Positions 44,521 to 55,400 of a DNA stretch of 64,000 bases are shown one piece after another; position 1 is the stretch's first letter, and every line of letters begins with the position of its first letter. The DNA lies in NCBI GenBank assembly GCA_963808625.1, contig CAWEHK010000008.1, forward strand, positions 160,001-224,000, written 5' to 3'. The translations under genes and the position numbers were made by a program. The notes under the pieces were generated by a model, which saw only the letters and a list, made by a program, of their open reading frames with translations, was not told the DNA's origin and searched no databases. The stretch is from an uncultured delta proteobacterium (GTDB lineage Bacteria > Desulfobacterota > Syntrophobacteria > Syntrophobacterales > Syntrophobacteraceae).

Positions 44521-44850
44521 TCATGAGACCTTTTGTTTGTGCTGCTTGGAAACTGGAACCCTCCTTGCTGGTTTGGAGGGTTTGAGCGCAATCAGGGAGC
44601 GTAGAGCTTTGTTCACACTCTCTGAATTTGGGAAATACTCACGCACATCCGGCTCCAGCATCACAGACCCTTCTTCCAAGGTGAAGTACTCCACCGTAAC
44701 GCTGCCATCATCTTGAAAGACTCTGACGGTATGCCCCTGTCGGTAGGCTTCGTAATATTTTCCACGGACACCCTTTTTGCCTGTCAGGTCATACTCGGGC
44801 AACATATCGCCTTGGGCCGCTTCGATTTGTTTATTCTTTGTTTTCCTCAT
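44521..44850 (-). CDS. Putative antitoxin partner of BrnT
   Basis: MLPEYD...GVRGKYY...LEPDVREYFPNSESVNKALRSL; overlaps the toxin 3' end. Confidence 0.75.
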   Translation of the reverse strand: MRKTKNKQIEAAQGDMLPEYDLTGKKGVRGKYYEAYRQGHTVRVFQDDGSVTVEYFTLEEGSVMLEPDVREYFPNSESVNKALRSLIALKPSKPARRVPVSKQHKQKVS

Positions 44851-45126
44851 AAGTCCTTCGTTCAGATCGAGTGGTCCTGCGGCTACTAATGATACGCACT
44901 ACCAAACCATCTTCTGCTGTCTGTTCCGTGTGGACCACCAGTAACAATCTGCCGGAAACAGAACGGCCGATGCTGAGGTAGCGTTCTTCACCGTGGGAAT
45001 GAAATTCATCGGGAAAGGTAATCAGAAACGGATCGTTAAAAACCGTCTTAGTTCTTCAAAACCCACCTTGTGCTTGATCTGGTTCGAACGAGCTTTGTTG
45101 GCGTCCCACTCGAATAAGAGTCTCAT
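44831..45126 (-). CDS. brnT: BrnT-family (DUF497) toxin, 1-nt frameshift near 45050
   Basis: Manual: MRLLFEWDANKARSNQIKHKVGFEE/KTVFNDP...HSHGEERYLSIG...LLLVVHTE...RIISSR. Confidence 0.85.
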
Positions 45127-45337
45127 GCTAACTCTCATCTACCTTCATAAAATACCATTCTTTCGCGTCTCTCTCAATAGCCTGAGTCTGCCAACCTGGC
45201 AACACTGGTCTAGGCAGCGTCTATGATGTCAGAACGCCAATCGGGGAAAATGAGGGACGAGCCGCAGGACAACTCCGGAATTTGCGCGGGTGCCATGGCT
45301 TCCGAGTTTGTTCATGGCTTGCTCGCGATCATGAAGA

Positions 45338-46357
45338 TCATAGCTTCCTCGCTGGGACCTGAAAACTGGAACCCAGGGCTTCGATGACTCGATTCAAGTC
45401 CTTTTCCTGGATGGCAGCGGAGACGGAGGATACGGCACAGCTTAGGGCCAGGGGCGCTATGCCTGCCCTGCGCAGAGAGCTCACGAAGGCGTTGGCGATG
45501 CCGTAGCGGTCCCCGAAATGGGGGCCGTGCAGTAGGAAGACCGATACCGGGCCCTGGCAGAAGACGCCAACGCCCGGCAGGTCCTGGTCAAGCGCCTGCT
45601 GCACGGCATTATGGTGGGATGCGGCAAGACAGAATGCAAAGTAAAGGCTTTCGCCATCGGGGAAGGACTTCGAAACCAGGAGCGGCATCTTCAGCTGCAA
45701 TCCGTCAAGTTTCAGCAGGAGGGCGCCGAAATCGCCGAGGCGGTTTAACGGCAGACTCAGGTTCCACAGATCAAGACCGGTAAGGTGGGAAAGATCATAT
45801 ATTTTGATCACCTCCTCCTGGTAGGAGCAGATGATCTCACTGAGCAACTCTTCCTGGCCCCGGTAAGCGGCGTGCCAGTCCAGGGGAGACGACCAGGTGG
45901 GAAATTCGAAGGCTTCAAAAAGGCTGTAGATCGCACCTTCAAAATCCGAGGAAGGGACCAGGATGGTCATGGCCGAAGGGGAACTGGCAAAACCATAAGT
46001 TCTCAGGCCGTTTTCAGCGACGGCGCCGAGCAGCGAGCCGATGACGTTGAGCTTCTGATGATGGGGGAATATTGAAATGGTGCTGATGTTCGTCACCAGT
46101 TTGCCCACACCACACTGGCCATGGCTGGCTTTCCAGAGGATATAACTGGAAACGCCTTCAACATTTTCGGTGGCGGCAGCCGTGATTGCTTCATGCGCCC
46201 CGGTATTGGCAATATGAGTCAATAAGCTGATGTTGATCCGCTCAGCCGCCAGCCGTGCGCAAATATCCCCCAGGACATCATCGCCACTTCGACACAACGA
46301 AGTGAGATAAGCACGTTTTTCAAAAGCTTTAATCCCTCCCAGTCTCATTTTCGACAT
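45338..46357 (-). CDS. Multi-ACT-domain protein (aspartokinase regulatory-like, no kinase domain)
   Basis: Repeated ACT-like units: ERINISLL, ISIFPH...ASSPSAMTILV, GPHFGDRYGIA...SCAVSSVSAAI. Confidence 0.6.
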   Translation of the reverse strand: MSKMRLGGIKAFEKRAYLTSLCRSGDDVLGDICARLAAERINISLLTHIANTGAHEAITAAATENVEGVSSYILWKASHGQCGVGKLVTNISTISIFPHHQKLNVIGSLLGAVAENGLRTYGFASSPSAMTILVPSSDFEGAIYSLFEAFEFPTWSSPLDWHAAYRGQEELLSEIICSYQEEVIKIYDLSHLTGLDLWNLSLPLNRLGDFGALLLKLDGLQLKMPLLVSKSFPDGESLYFAFCLAASHHNAVQQALDQDLPGVGVFCQGPVSVFLLHGPHFGDRYGIANAFVSSLRRAGIAPLALSCAVSSVSAAIQEKDLNRVIEALGSSFQVPARKL

Positions 46358-46374
46358 GAGGGCCTCACCAATTC

Positions 46375-46764
46375 CTAAGCAAAGAGCCTCTCTATCGCCT
46401 CCACCAGGACCCCGGCATCAACCGGCTTGGGCAGATAATCGTCGGCTTCCGTAGCCATCCCGTCAGCATGGGAGTAGCTGGTTGTCGGCACCGCTTCGCC
46501 TACGGCGGTGAGCAGGACGATGGGGATATCTTTTGTGACCCGGCTTTTTTTCAGCTCGGCACAAAGGACGTAACCGTTTTTGCGGGGCATCATCACGTCA
46601 AGAACCACCAGGTCAGGTCGTCGCTGCTTGATGGACTCTTCCCCTTCGATGCCGTCATAGGCCTTTCCGACTTCGTAGCCTTTGCTCTCGAGCATCATGC
46701 CAACGGTTTCGACCATATCCGGATCATCGTCAACAATCAGAACATACTTCTTTCCCATTGCCAC
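46375..46764 (-). CDS. Stand-alone receiver protein
   Basis: VLIVDDD, VLDVMMP, LLTA, DYLPKP. Confidence 0.9.
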   Translation of the reverse strand: MAMGKKYVLIVDDDPDMVETVGMMLESKGYEVGKAYDGIEGEESIKQRRPDLVVLDVMMPRKNGYVLCAELKKSRVTKDIPIVLLTAVGEAVPTTSYSHADGMATEADDYLPKPVDAGVLVEAIERLFA

Positions 46765-46777
46765 ACCTCCTCAGGTT

Positions 46778-46818
46778 GATTTCGGATTTCGGATATCGGA
46801 TTTTGGATTTCGGATTTG
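46778..46818. repeat. Heptamer repeat (GGATTTC)n
   Basis: gatttcggatttcggatatcggattttggatttcggattt. Confidence 0.75.
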
Positions 46819-46871
46819 AAAACCGACACCTTGCCGAAATATGCGTTCCCTAATACAACTCCGAATAAACC

Positions 46872-46941
46872 AGTGTCCGCATTCGAGTTGTCATTCCCGC
46901 CAGGAACATGCGGGAATGACGTCCAGAGACCAAGGACACTT
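46872..46941. repeat. GTGTCC...GGACACT family element
   Basis: agtgtcc...gtcattcccgccaggaacatgcgggaatgac...ggacactt. Confidence 0.65.
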
Positions 46942-47111
46942 CATTCTGCCGTGCTGCACTAAGCTTTCATGCGCCTTTGATTTACAGGGGTGCTGGTAAT
47001 TATCATGTTTGCTCTTCAATCCGTGGAAAAATCCTGTCACCAAATCAAAAACGGCATAGCGGACGTTTCCCAGCCAGCGGATGGGCGCCCGGCAAGCGCC
47101 ATGGAAGCCGA

Positions 47112-48047
47112 TCAGTCGCTTCTGGGCCGGGGGTAAAGTCCCGCCCGCTGGACGATCTCGGGGACTTTTTCCTCCCATTCGATGGCCATGATATGGAAGC
47201 CGCGAATCCCCTCCACTTCCTTCAGTTCCGCGATCTGCTCAAGACAGATGTTGATTCCCTCTTCCGCCTGCTTCTCCTTGGGGACCCCCGCCAGGCGCTT
47301 GACGATGGCTTCCGGCACATCGATGCCCGGCACGCGGTTCTTCATGTATCTCGCCATGCCCACGTTCTTCATGGGGGTGACGCCGGCAAGGATCGCAACG
47401 TGTTCATGGAGCCCCATGTCACAGACCCCCTGCATCCAGAGTTTGAACTTTTCCATGTTGTAAATGCACTGCGTCTGGATGAACTGGGCGCCGGCGGCAA
47501 CCTTTTTGGCCAGGCGGAAAACCCGGATTTCAAAAGGGTCCGCGAAAGGATTTTCGGCCGCGCCGATAAACATCTGCGGCCGCCCATCTTCCATTTCATA
47601 ACCTCCGAGCAGACGCCCCTCATCACGCATCATTCGCACCGTTTGGATCAGCTTCGTGGAGTCCATGTCGAAGACATTGGCGCTGTTGGGATGGTCCCCA
47701 AACCGCTGATGATCGCCGGTGAGACACAGGATATTATGAATCCCGAAGGACGTGGCTCCCAGGAGATCACTCTGGATCGCGATGCGGTTCCGGTCCCGGG
47801 TCACCATCTGCAAGACCGGATCGATCCCCATCAACTTCAGACGGATACAGGCGGCAAGACTGCACTGGCGCACCACGGCCGTCTGGTTGTCGGTGATATT
47901 GATCGCATCGACATATTCCCTGATCATATCGGCTTTCTTTTGCACCGTATCCGGATTTCCATTTCGAGGCGGTCCGCACTCCGAGGTGACGGCCAAATGT
48001 CCGGCGGCCAAAACTTTCTCAAGGTTGCTGGGCGTTTTCACATTCAT
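47112..48047 (-). CDS. metF: Methylenetetrahydrofolate reductase catalytic subunit (module 2)
   Basis: Close paralog of 36954-37898. Confidence 0.92.
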   Translation of the reverse strand: MNVKTPSNLEKVLAAGHLAVTSECGPPRNGNPDTVQKKADMIREYVDAINITDNQTAVVRQCSLAACIRLKLMGIDPVLQMVTRDRNRIAIQSDLLGATSFGIHNILCLTGDHQRFGDHPNSANVFDMDSTKLIQTVRMMRDEGRLLGGYEMEDGRPQMFIGAAENPFADPFEIRVFRLAKKVAAGAQFIQTQCIYNMEKFKLWMQGVCDMGLHEHVAILAGVTPMKNVGMARYMKNRVPGIDVPEAIVKRLAGVPKEKQAEEGINICLEQIAELKEVEGIRGFHIMAIEWEEKVPEIVQRAGLYPRPRSD

Positions 48048-48724
48048 GGCCTGACATCCTCCCTTACAATTTCGCGAGGTCCGCCATCACGGTTAACCGT
48101 CCAATCCTTGTCTTCGGCCGGCGTCTTGAATCGGTCCAGCTGGCCCAGGCTCTTGAGCCGATCGTAAATGAGCTGCCAGCCGCAGGGAATTTCTTTGTTC
48201 ATGAGGACACTCAGTTCACATTTGCCTTTTTCCGAACCACCGCAAGGACCGTTGAGCATGCGTTTCGAACACCGGGCAACGGGACAGATGCCGCCGGTAC
48301 TTGCGAGCACGCATTGGCCGCAAGCCAGACACCGCTCACTCCATACTCCCTGCTCGATGGTAACCCCGATAAAACAGGTGTCCACGGCCGGGAGTATGGG
48401 TTTCTCGGCATACATTTCCGCCAGGAACTGGACGCCGGCCCCGCAGGCCAAAGAAAGCACCGCGTCGTAGGTGTCCATCTTATCCTTCAGTTCCTGGAGG
48501 TACTCTTTGTCGCACTGGCGCGTCAGGCTGATCTCATCAATCTCCACCCGCCGTCCCTGCTGTGAAAAATAGATGCGCAGGGCCGAGGCAAGGGTCTGGA
48601 CCTCTTTCAGGCCGCCCGCTTCACATACTGCGACGCACCCGTTACAGCCGGCCAGCAGTATTTTGTCGAAGCCAGCGATCATGTTTATGATTTCATCAAT
48701 CGGTTTGGCTTTTGCCATAATCAT
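48044..48724 (-). CDS. metV: MTHFR small subunit (module 2)
   Basis: GCNGCVAVC, CLACGQC, CPVARCSK, GPCGG, PCGW. Confidence 0.9.
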   Translation of the reverse strand: MIMAKAKPIDEIINMIAGFDKILLAGCNGCVAVCEAGGLKEVQTLASALRIYFSQQGRRVEIDEISLTRQCDKEYLQELKDKMDTYDAVLSLACGAGVQFLAEMYAEKPILPAVDTCFIGVTIEQGVWSERCLACGQCVLASTGGICPVARCSKRMLNGPCGGSEKGKCELSVLMNKEIPCGWQLIYDRLKSLGQLDRFKTPAEDKDWTVNRDGGPREIVREDVRP

Positions 48725-48826
48725 ACGGCCACCTCCCTAAAGTGATTCGACTCAGCCTCGTTTGGTCCTTGAATTTACCGGCTCCCGGACAGCAGCCGGC
48801 AACCGGGAACCGCCGATCATTAGCTG

Positions 48827-49264
48827 CTAAGCAACCGCGGCTTTGCCCTTGGCTCCATCGCTGACATTCAAGGGCCCAAGTTGCCGCACCTTTTCGGTCA
48901 TCTCCTGCACAATCTCGGCAAACCTGGGTCCCATTCCGGCGGAGAGATTGTACATGGCAATCCTTTCCGGAGCCACCCCAATGCTCTGGAGGATCTGCTG
49001 CACATAGCCTACCCTCTTCCTGGCCCTCAGATTGCCGGATTGATAATGACAATCGCCCTCTAAACAGCCCGCAACAAAAACCCCATCGGCGCCCTTCTCC
49101 AATGTCTTCAGCAGATGGACGGCGTCCACTCGGCCGGTGCAGGGCACGATGACGATCCTGACATTGGAGGGATAACTCAGTCTCATGGTACCTGCCAGGT
49201 CCGCAGCAGAATAAGCTCAGTAATTGCAGCAAAATGCGACAATGACCGGTTCAAATTGCGCCAT
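48827..49264 (-). CDS. mvhD: MvhD/FlpD subunit, selenocysteine-containing (module 2)
   Basis: MAQFEPVIVAFCCNY-UGA(49217-49219)-AYSAADLAGTMRL; GGAG RBS before ATG 49264. Confidence 0.9.
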
Positions 49265-49288
49265 TGGATTTCTCCTTCTCTTTCTTTC

Positions 49289-49423
<135 letters not shown>

Positions 49424-49424
<1 letters not shown>

Positions 49425-52400
49425 CATCCAAACAAAGCGTCTATTTTCGCCATCAGCTGGTCGTCCGAATAATGGGCCAGTTGGATTGCCTTGGCCGGAC
49501 ATTCGGAGGCACAAATGCCACATCCCTGACAAAGCGCCTCATTGATTTCCGAAACATCGTTCTCGTTGATGCGCGGCACCCCGTACGGGCATCTTCTTAC
49601 GCAGACGAGACACGCCGCACACAGGCTCTGCTCAACATGGGCAACAACGCCGCCAATGGTCTGGTGCATGGAGGCAAGGAAGGAACCGGCCCTCGAGGCC
49701 GCGGCCATCGCCTGAGCGATGCTTTCACTGATCAGCTTGGGGCCGTGCGCCATACCGCAGAGATAGATGCCCTCGGAAGGAAAGTCCACCGGCCGGAGTT
49801 TGGCATGGGCTTCAATGAAGTAACCTTCCGCGTTGCGAGGGACTTTCAGGAAGGATGCCAGTTCCTCGGTTTCTTCGGCGACGGTGGCGGCGCTCAGCAC
49901 AACGGCGTCAGCGCTCATCCTGAGGGTGCGTTTCAAGACGTGATCCCGGAAGGTGACACTCACGCCGTCCCCCTGCGTCTCCGTTTCGGGAGGCTGTTCC
50001 AGATCGTAGCGGCAGAAAAGGATCCCTTCGTTCCTGGCGGCCGTGTAGTAATCCTCGAGCAGGCCATACATTCTCATGTCCCGGTAAAGAACCACGATAT
50101 TCATATCCGGGTTGAGCTCTTTCAGGAGCAGGGCGTTCTTCACCGCATTCTGGCAGCAAATACGGCTGCAGTTCGGATTCTCCTCATTGCGCGAACCCAC
50201 ACATTGGATCATGACCACACAGTTCCATGCGGCTACGTCTTTAGCACGCTCCTCCATGAGCCGTCCGAGCTCGAGCTGAGTCACTATTCTCTGGTCTTCC
50301 CCGTAGAGGAATTCTTTGGGCTTGTATTCTTTGGCCCCCGTAGCGACGATGACAACGCCGTGGTCGATCTTGCGATGATACATCCCCGGGCCAACCAGCA
50401 CCTCGGTACTGAAATTGCCTTTGTAGCCGGTGAACCCAACCACAAGGGCTTCCGTCAAGACCTGGATGTTCTTATGGTTGGTCACATCCCGGATGAGCTG
50501 GTCGAGATAGGCCTGCACATCCAGCCCCTCGATGGTGTGGTAAAGGGAGCGCGCCGTACCGCCCAGTTCTTTATCTTTTTCGACCAGGATGGTTTCGAAT
50601 CCCTGTCTCGCAAGACTCAGGGCAGCATTGAGACCGGCGATGCCTCCGCCCAGCACGAGACCCCTTTGCCTTATCTCCAGCGGCCGTTCGATGAGCGGCT
50701 CCAAATGGGCCGCACGAGCAACCGCCATTCTTACCAGGTCCTTCGCCTTCTCCGTTGCCTGCAGCGGTTCTTTCTGATGCACCCAGGAATCCTGGTCGCG
50801 AATGTTGGCCATATCGAACAGGTATTTATTAACTCCGCAAGCCTTCAAGGTTTCCCGAAAGAGACTTTCATGGGTCCTGGGCGAACATGCCGCCACCACA
50901 ATTCGATTCAGCTTCTCTTCCTCGATGATGCTTTTGATCCTCTCCTGGGTATCTTGAGAGCAACTGAAAAGGTTTTGAGTGGTGAACACGACATGGGGCA
51001 GCGTGGCGGCATAATCGACCACCTCGGTGACATTGACAACCGAGCTGATATTGATGCCGCAGTTGCAGACAAAAACACCGATCCGGGGCTCCTCCAGCGA
51101 TAGATCGCGCTCAGCCGGCAGCACTTCCTCCAGCGCCTGGGTCCCGCGGGCATCGGAGAGGTCGATGGCAGCAGCACAGGCCGCCGCACTCGCCTCCATT
51201 ACCGCGTAGGGAATGTCCTTGGGGCCCTGGAAAAGCCCGCAAACGTAGACTCCCGGCCGGGAAGTGCTGACCGGAGAAGTCACGCTGGTCATGGCGAAGT
51301 TGTACTGATTGAGGTCGATATCGAGCCTCCCGGCAAGAGCGATCGTATCCGGCCCGACCTCCATACCGACGGAAAGCACCACCAGGTCGAATTCTTCATC
51401 AACCATCTCCCCGTCTTCGGTGGCATAGCTTATACTCAGGCTCCCATCTGCGGAGCTCGGGTTCACCGTGTGCACCCTTGAACGAACGAACCGCACCCCG
51501 TATTCGTCGTTGGCCCGGTTGTAATATCTCTCGAAGTCTTTCCCATGAGTCCGCATGTCCATAAAAAAGATCGCCGTATCCAGGGGCTCGCTGCTGTGCT
51601 CCTTGGCGCAGATGGCCTCCTTGATGGCGTACATGCAGCAGACGCCGGAACAGTATCCATTGCCGCCGTGCTGGATATCCCTTGAGCCGACGCATTGAAG
51701 CCAGGCAATCTTGTCGGGCTTCCGCCCGTCCGACGGGCGTTCGAGATGCCCCTGGGTAGGCCCGGAGGCGCTCAACATGCGTTCGAATTCTTTACTGGTA
51801 ATCACATTGGGGTGAGCCCCGTACCCGTAGCTGTACATCTGAGGATCGAAAGCCTTGAATCCGGGCGCCAGGATAACCGACCCGACTTCAATCCGGTGGA
51901 CCTTAGCCTGCTGATCGAGAGCGACGGCCTGGGCCGGACAAAACTTCTCGCAGGCCCGGCACTTGCCCTTTTCAAAATAAATGCAGTTCTTCTCGTCGAT
52001 GGCATACTTCAAAGGTACCGCCTGAGGGAATTTAACATAGGCAGCTTTGCGCATGGTTCAGACCCTCGTTGAATTCATCCGCTACCTTCCGCGGACATTT
52101 CTCCGCACATACGCCGCACGCGATGCATTTCTCCATATCCACATAGCGCGGATGTTCCTTCACCACCGCGGTGAAATGACCCGCTTCACCTTCCAGATCC
52201 TCCAGTTCCGCCATGGTAATCAGCTTGATGTTCAGATGACGCCCGCATTCGACCAGTTTGGGTGAGAGGATGCACATCGAGCAGTCATTGGTGGGGAAGG
52301 TCTTATCCAATTGCGCCATGACACCCCCGATGGCAGGGGATTTTTCGACCAGGTAAACGTAGAACCCCGAGTTGGCCAGGTCGAGGGCAGCCTGAACGCC

Positions 52401-52460
52401 GGCCACGCCGCCTCCTACCACCATTACGGAACCAACAGAACGGCCCTGCTTGCTTTCCAT
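49424..52460 (-). CDS. hdrA: HdrA-like two-FAD-domain flavoprotein (frameshift near 52054)
   Basis: VGGGVAG, DKTFPTNDCSMC, WLQCVGSR, CSPRTHE, LGGGIAG, CQGCGIC; no GltD-like insert. Confidence 0.9.
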
Positions 52461-52464
52461 GACC

Positions 52465-53331
52465 TTACCCCTCCAGGATATCGGAAAGTTTGTCTTCCCA
52501 ACCGATGGTGGAGATGAGCACTCCGCCGTACCCGGCGTCCCTCAAAGCCAGGACAAGTTCGCGGGCGATTTGCACGCATTCGCGGGCTTTATCCGGGGCC
52601 TTTTGAATACGCGTGATGAGCTCGCCGGGAACATGGACATGAGCCAGATGCTGATCGATATAACGGGCCATGCCGACGGATTTGAGCAAGAGCACGGTCG
52701 GGATAATTCCGGGCTTTCGGTTTTCGGCTCTTTTCATGAACCGGGTCAGGGTCTGGAGGTCAAAGACCGGTTGGGTGACAAAGAATTCCGCGCCGGCCGC
52801 AATCTTCTTCTCCAGCTCCTCCAGCTCCAGGTCCAGGAGCCCTCCGCTGACCCCGGTATTGACCATGGAGCCAACACAATACCTGGGCGCACCATTCAGC
52901 TCGACTCCCGCCATATCGCGACCGGCCTGGAGTTTTTGAATGGCCTCCAACAATTCCAGCAAATCGATGTCGTTAACGGGACGGGCCCGGTGGTGGTCCC
53001 CATAACTTGGTTCAACGCCGGTGATGGCCATGACATTTGAGACACCGAGGGCGTTAGCCGCCAGGAGGTCGGCCTGCAAGGCCAAACGGTTGCGATCCCG
53101 GCAGCAAACCTGCATCACCGTCTCCAACCCCCGGTTCTGCAGCAGTGCACAACCTCCCAGAGAGCTCATCCTCATAACCGCATTGCTCATCTCAGGAACC
53201 ACGAAGGCATCCACTTTGCCTTTAACATGCATGGCATGAGCGATCACGGCAGAGAAATCCGCTCCCTTAGGAGGCTCCATCTCCGCCAGAACAAGGAACT
53301 CCCCAGAGGCCAGTTTCTTTTGCATGTTCAT
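52465..53331 (-). CDS. Divergent MetF-family protein
   Basis: AEMEPPKG, QVCCRDRNR, EKKIAAGAEFFVTQ; VPE and TGVE replace VTD and TGD. Confidence 0.8.
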   Translation of the reverse strand: MNMQKKLASGEFLVLAEMEPPKGADFSAVIAHAMHVKGKVDAFVVPEMSNAVMRMSSLGGCALLQNRGLETVMQVCCRDRNRLALQADLLAANALGVSNVMAITGVEPSYGDHHRARPVNDIDLLELLEAIQKLQAGRDMAGVELNGAPRYCVGSMVNTGVSGGLLDLELEELEKKIAAGAEFFVTQPVFDLQTLTRFMKRAENRKPGIIPTVLLLKSVGMARYIDQHLAHVHVPGELITRIQKAPDKARECVQIARELVLALRDAGYGGVLISTIGWEDKLSDILEG

Positions 53332-53789
53332 AAGGTATCCCTCCAAAATATGAGTGCTGTTGGCTCTTCACCCCTGAGTCGGGCCGGGTTCCCAACTCCT
53401 GCATCGCGACGCCGGATGACCGCATAGAAAAACTGAAAAAGGTGTGCCTCTTTCAGTGGCAAAAATTCGGGGAAAACTTGGGCACAGGCCTGTGCTTATG
53501 GGGACAGATTCATAGCCCTCGCCCTGAGCCAGGGGAAACATCCATGGTGACGCTGCAAATCCATTCACCCGATAACGTGATGAAAACTTCTTCCAGTTTC
53601 TCAACCGCTTTGGATGATCAAAACTTCTCCGTCAACTTCAGGTCGCGGGTGGCGTTCAACCGGCTACGAGGTTCCACATGAAGAGGGGACGACGGCCACA
53701 TTTTCTTATTCCGTGGGGTGGTACAGGACACCACCATTGCCGCCGGTTATTATTTATCACTATTTTTTCAATCTTGCAAACACGATGGC

Positions 53790-53899
53790 ACAGAAAACAG
53801 GAGTCAGAAGTCAGAAGTCAGAAGTCAACAGTCGGAAGTCAGAATTGAAAATGATCTTTTCGTGTGCCTTCGTCTTCCTTCGTGTGAATTCGTGGATGA
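53790..53899 (+). repeat. Composite heptamer (GAAGTCA)n plus TTCGTG tail element
   Basis: gagtcagaagtcagaagtcagaagtc...aaatgatcttttcgtgtgccttcgtcttccttcgtgtgaattcgtggatga. Confidence 0.75.
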
Positions 53900-53907
53900 G
53901 ACAACGT

Positions 53908-55392
53908 TCACGGTTGCCGGAGCACCGGGAGGAGCACGCGAAAGGTCGTTCCCACACCAGGCTGGCTCTCGACCTCGATGGAACCCCGGTGAGATTCGAC
54001 AATCCCTTTGACAATGGCAAGGCCCAGACCCGTACCGATCACCTGCCTGGTTTTGGGATGTTTGACCCGATAGAACTTGTCGAAGATTTTCGGGAGCTCT
54101 TCGGGTTCGATGCCAACCCCCGTATCACTTACCATCACTTCCAGGTAGTCTCCCCGTGAAACGACCGAAACGTTCACTTCTCCGCCGCCTGGCGAATAAT
54201 TGACCGCATTGCTGACAAGGTTGGTAAAAAGCTCTTCCATGCTTCGAGGGTCCGCCTGAACGAGCGGGACTTCAGATGGGAGATTCAGCCGCAGCGACAC
54301 ATTCTGGCTTTCCGCCCGAGGTCTCAACAGGCCAACGGTCTGCTCCAGCACCTCCCCCAGGCGGAGTGGGACCTGCTGCTGAAAGGTATGGCCGCTCTCA
54401 ATCTTGGCTACATCCAAAAGATCATTGATGAGTTCGAGCAAGCCATCGATCTTTAGCAGAGAACGACCGAGGAGGTCTTTCTGCTTGTCCATCAGTTCCC
54501 CGGCGAGACCGTCCACGACGACGGTCAGCAATTGCCTGATGGACGCCAGGGGCGAGCGCAGCTCATGAGAAACCATGTGGACGAAATCCGATTTCATCTC
54601 ATCCAGTTGTTTAAACGTCGTAATATCCTGGAAAACGGTGACGGTGCCCATAACTTCCCCATGCAATCCGGGCACGGGGGCCGACAGGGAATGGATATAC
54701 TTGCTTCCTATGTGGAGGTCCCGGGAAAGAAGAACCGGATCATCACCACTCGCGCCCAGAATGCTCTTGAGACCCTTTTCCAGGTCCTCGTCAGCGAGAA
54801 ATTCGGAGAGGGCGGTGGGCTCGGCCAACGAGTCAGAAAGGCCGAGCGTTCTCATCAAGGCCGGATTATGCAGGACCATCTCCAGATCGCGGTTGGTCAC
54901 CATGACCCCGTCCGCCATGCAGTTGATGATCGTTCGGATGCGGCTCTTTTCCATCGCGAGGTCATAGAGGTTTTGCGCCTGCGCTTCCTGGAGTTCCCGC
55001 GCACGGCGCTCCAACGCCTGTTTTTCCAGCGCTCTGCTTACAATCAGGGTCAGGTGGTCGGCCCGGAACGGTTTGGTGATGAAATCGTAGGCCCCCTTCT
55101 TCATGGCCTCGACCGCATTGGCCACCGTACCGTGACCCGTAATGACAATCAGCGGCACCTCGGGATAATTGGCCCTGACTTCCTCAAGGACCTCAAAGGC
55201 CCCCATCACCGGCATGACAAGATCGCAGAGAATCAGGTCCATCGGTTCCGCTGCAAGCAGATCAAGCGCTTCCCGACCGTTCACGGCGGTAAGGGGCCGA
55301 TACCCCGCAAGTTTCAACAAACGGCTGCAGCCATCCCGGATTACCTTTTCATCATCTACAACCAGAACCGTCTGCATCGGGCCAGCCTTCAT
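53908..55392 (-). CDS. Hybrid receiver-PAS-histidine kinase
   Basis: VLVVDDE, LCDLVMP, MADGVMV, SHELRSPL, NAVNY, GTGLGL. Confidence 0.92.
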   Translation of the reverse strand: MKAGPMQTVLVVDDEKVIRDGCSRLLKLAGYRPLTAVNGREALDLLAAEPMDLILCDLVMPVMGAFEVLEEVRANYPEVPLIVITGHGTVANAVEAMKKGAYDFITKPFRADHLTLIVSRALEKQALERRARELQEAQAQNLYDLAMEKSRIRTIINCMADGVMVTNRDLEMVLHNPALMRTLGLSDSLAEPTALSEFLADEDLEKGLKSILGASGDDPVLLSRDLHIGSKYIHSLSAPVPGLHGEVMGTVTVFQDITTFKQLDEMKSDFVHMVSHELRSPLASIRQLLTVVVDGLAGELMDKQKDLLGRSLLKIDGLLELINDLLDVAKIESGHTFQQQVPLRLGEVLEQTVGLLRPRAESQNVSLRLNLPSEVPLVQADPRSMEELFTNLVSNAVNYSPGGGEVNVSVVSRGDYLEVMVSDTGVGIEPEELPKIFDKFYRVKHPKTRQVIGTGLGLAIVKGIVESHRGSIEVESQPGVGTTFRVLLPVLRQP

Positions 55393-55400
55393 TCTGCCGT

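Noticed and set aside
53340..53780. SAM or THF riboswitch upstream of the metF-like gene
   Set aside because: The region is long, but I could not recognise any consensus; an Rfam scan is needed.
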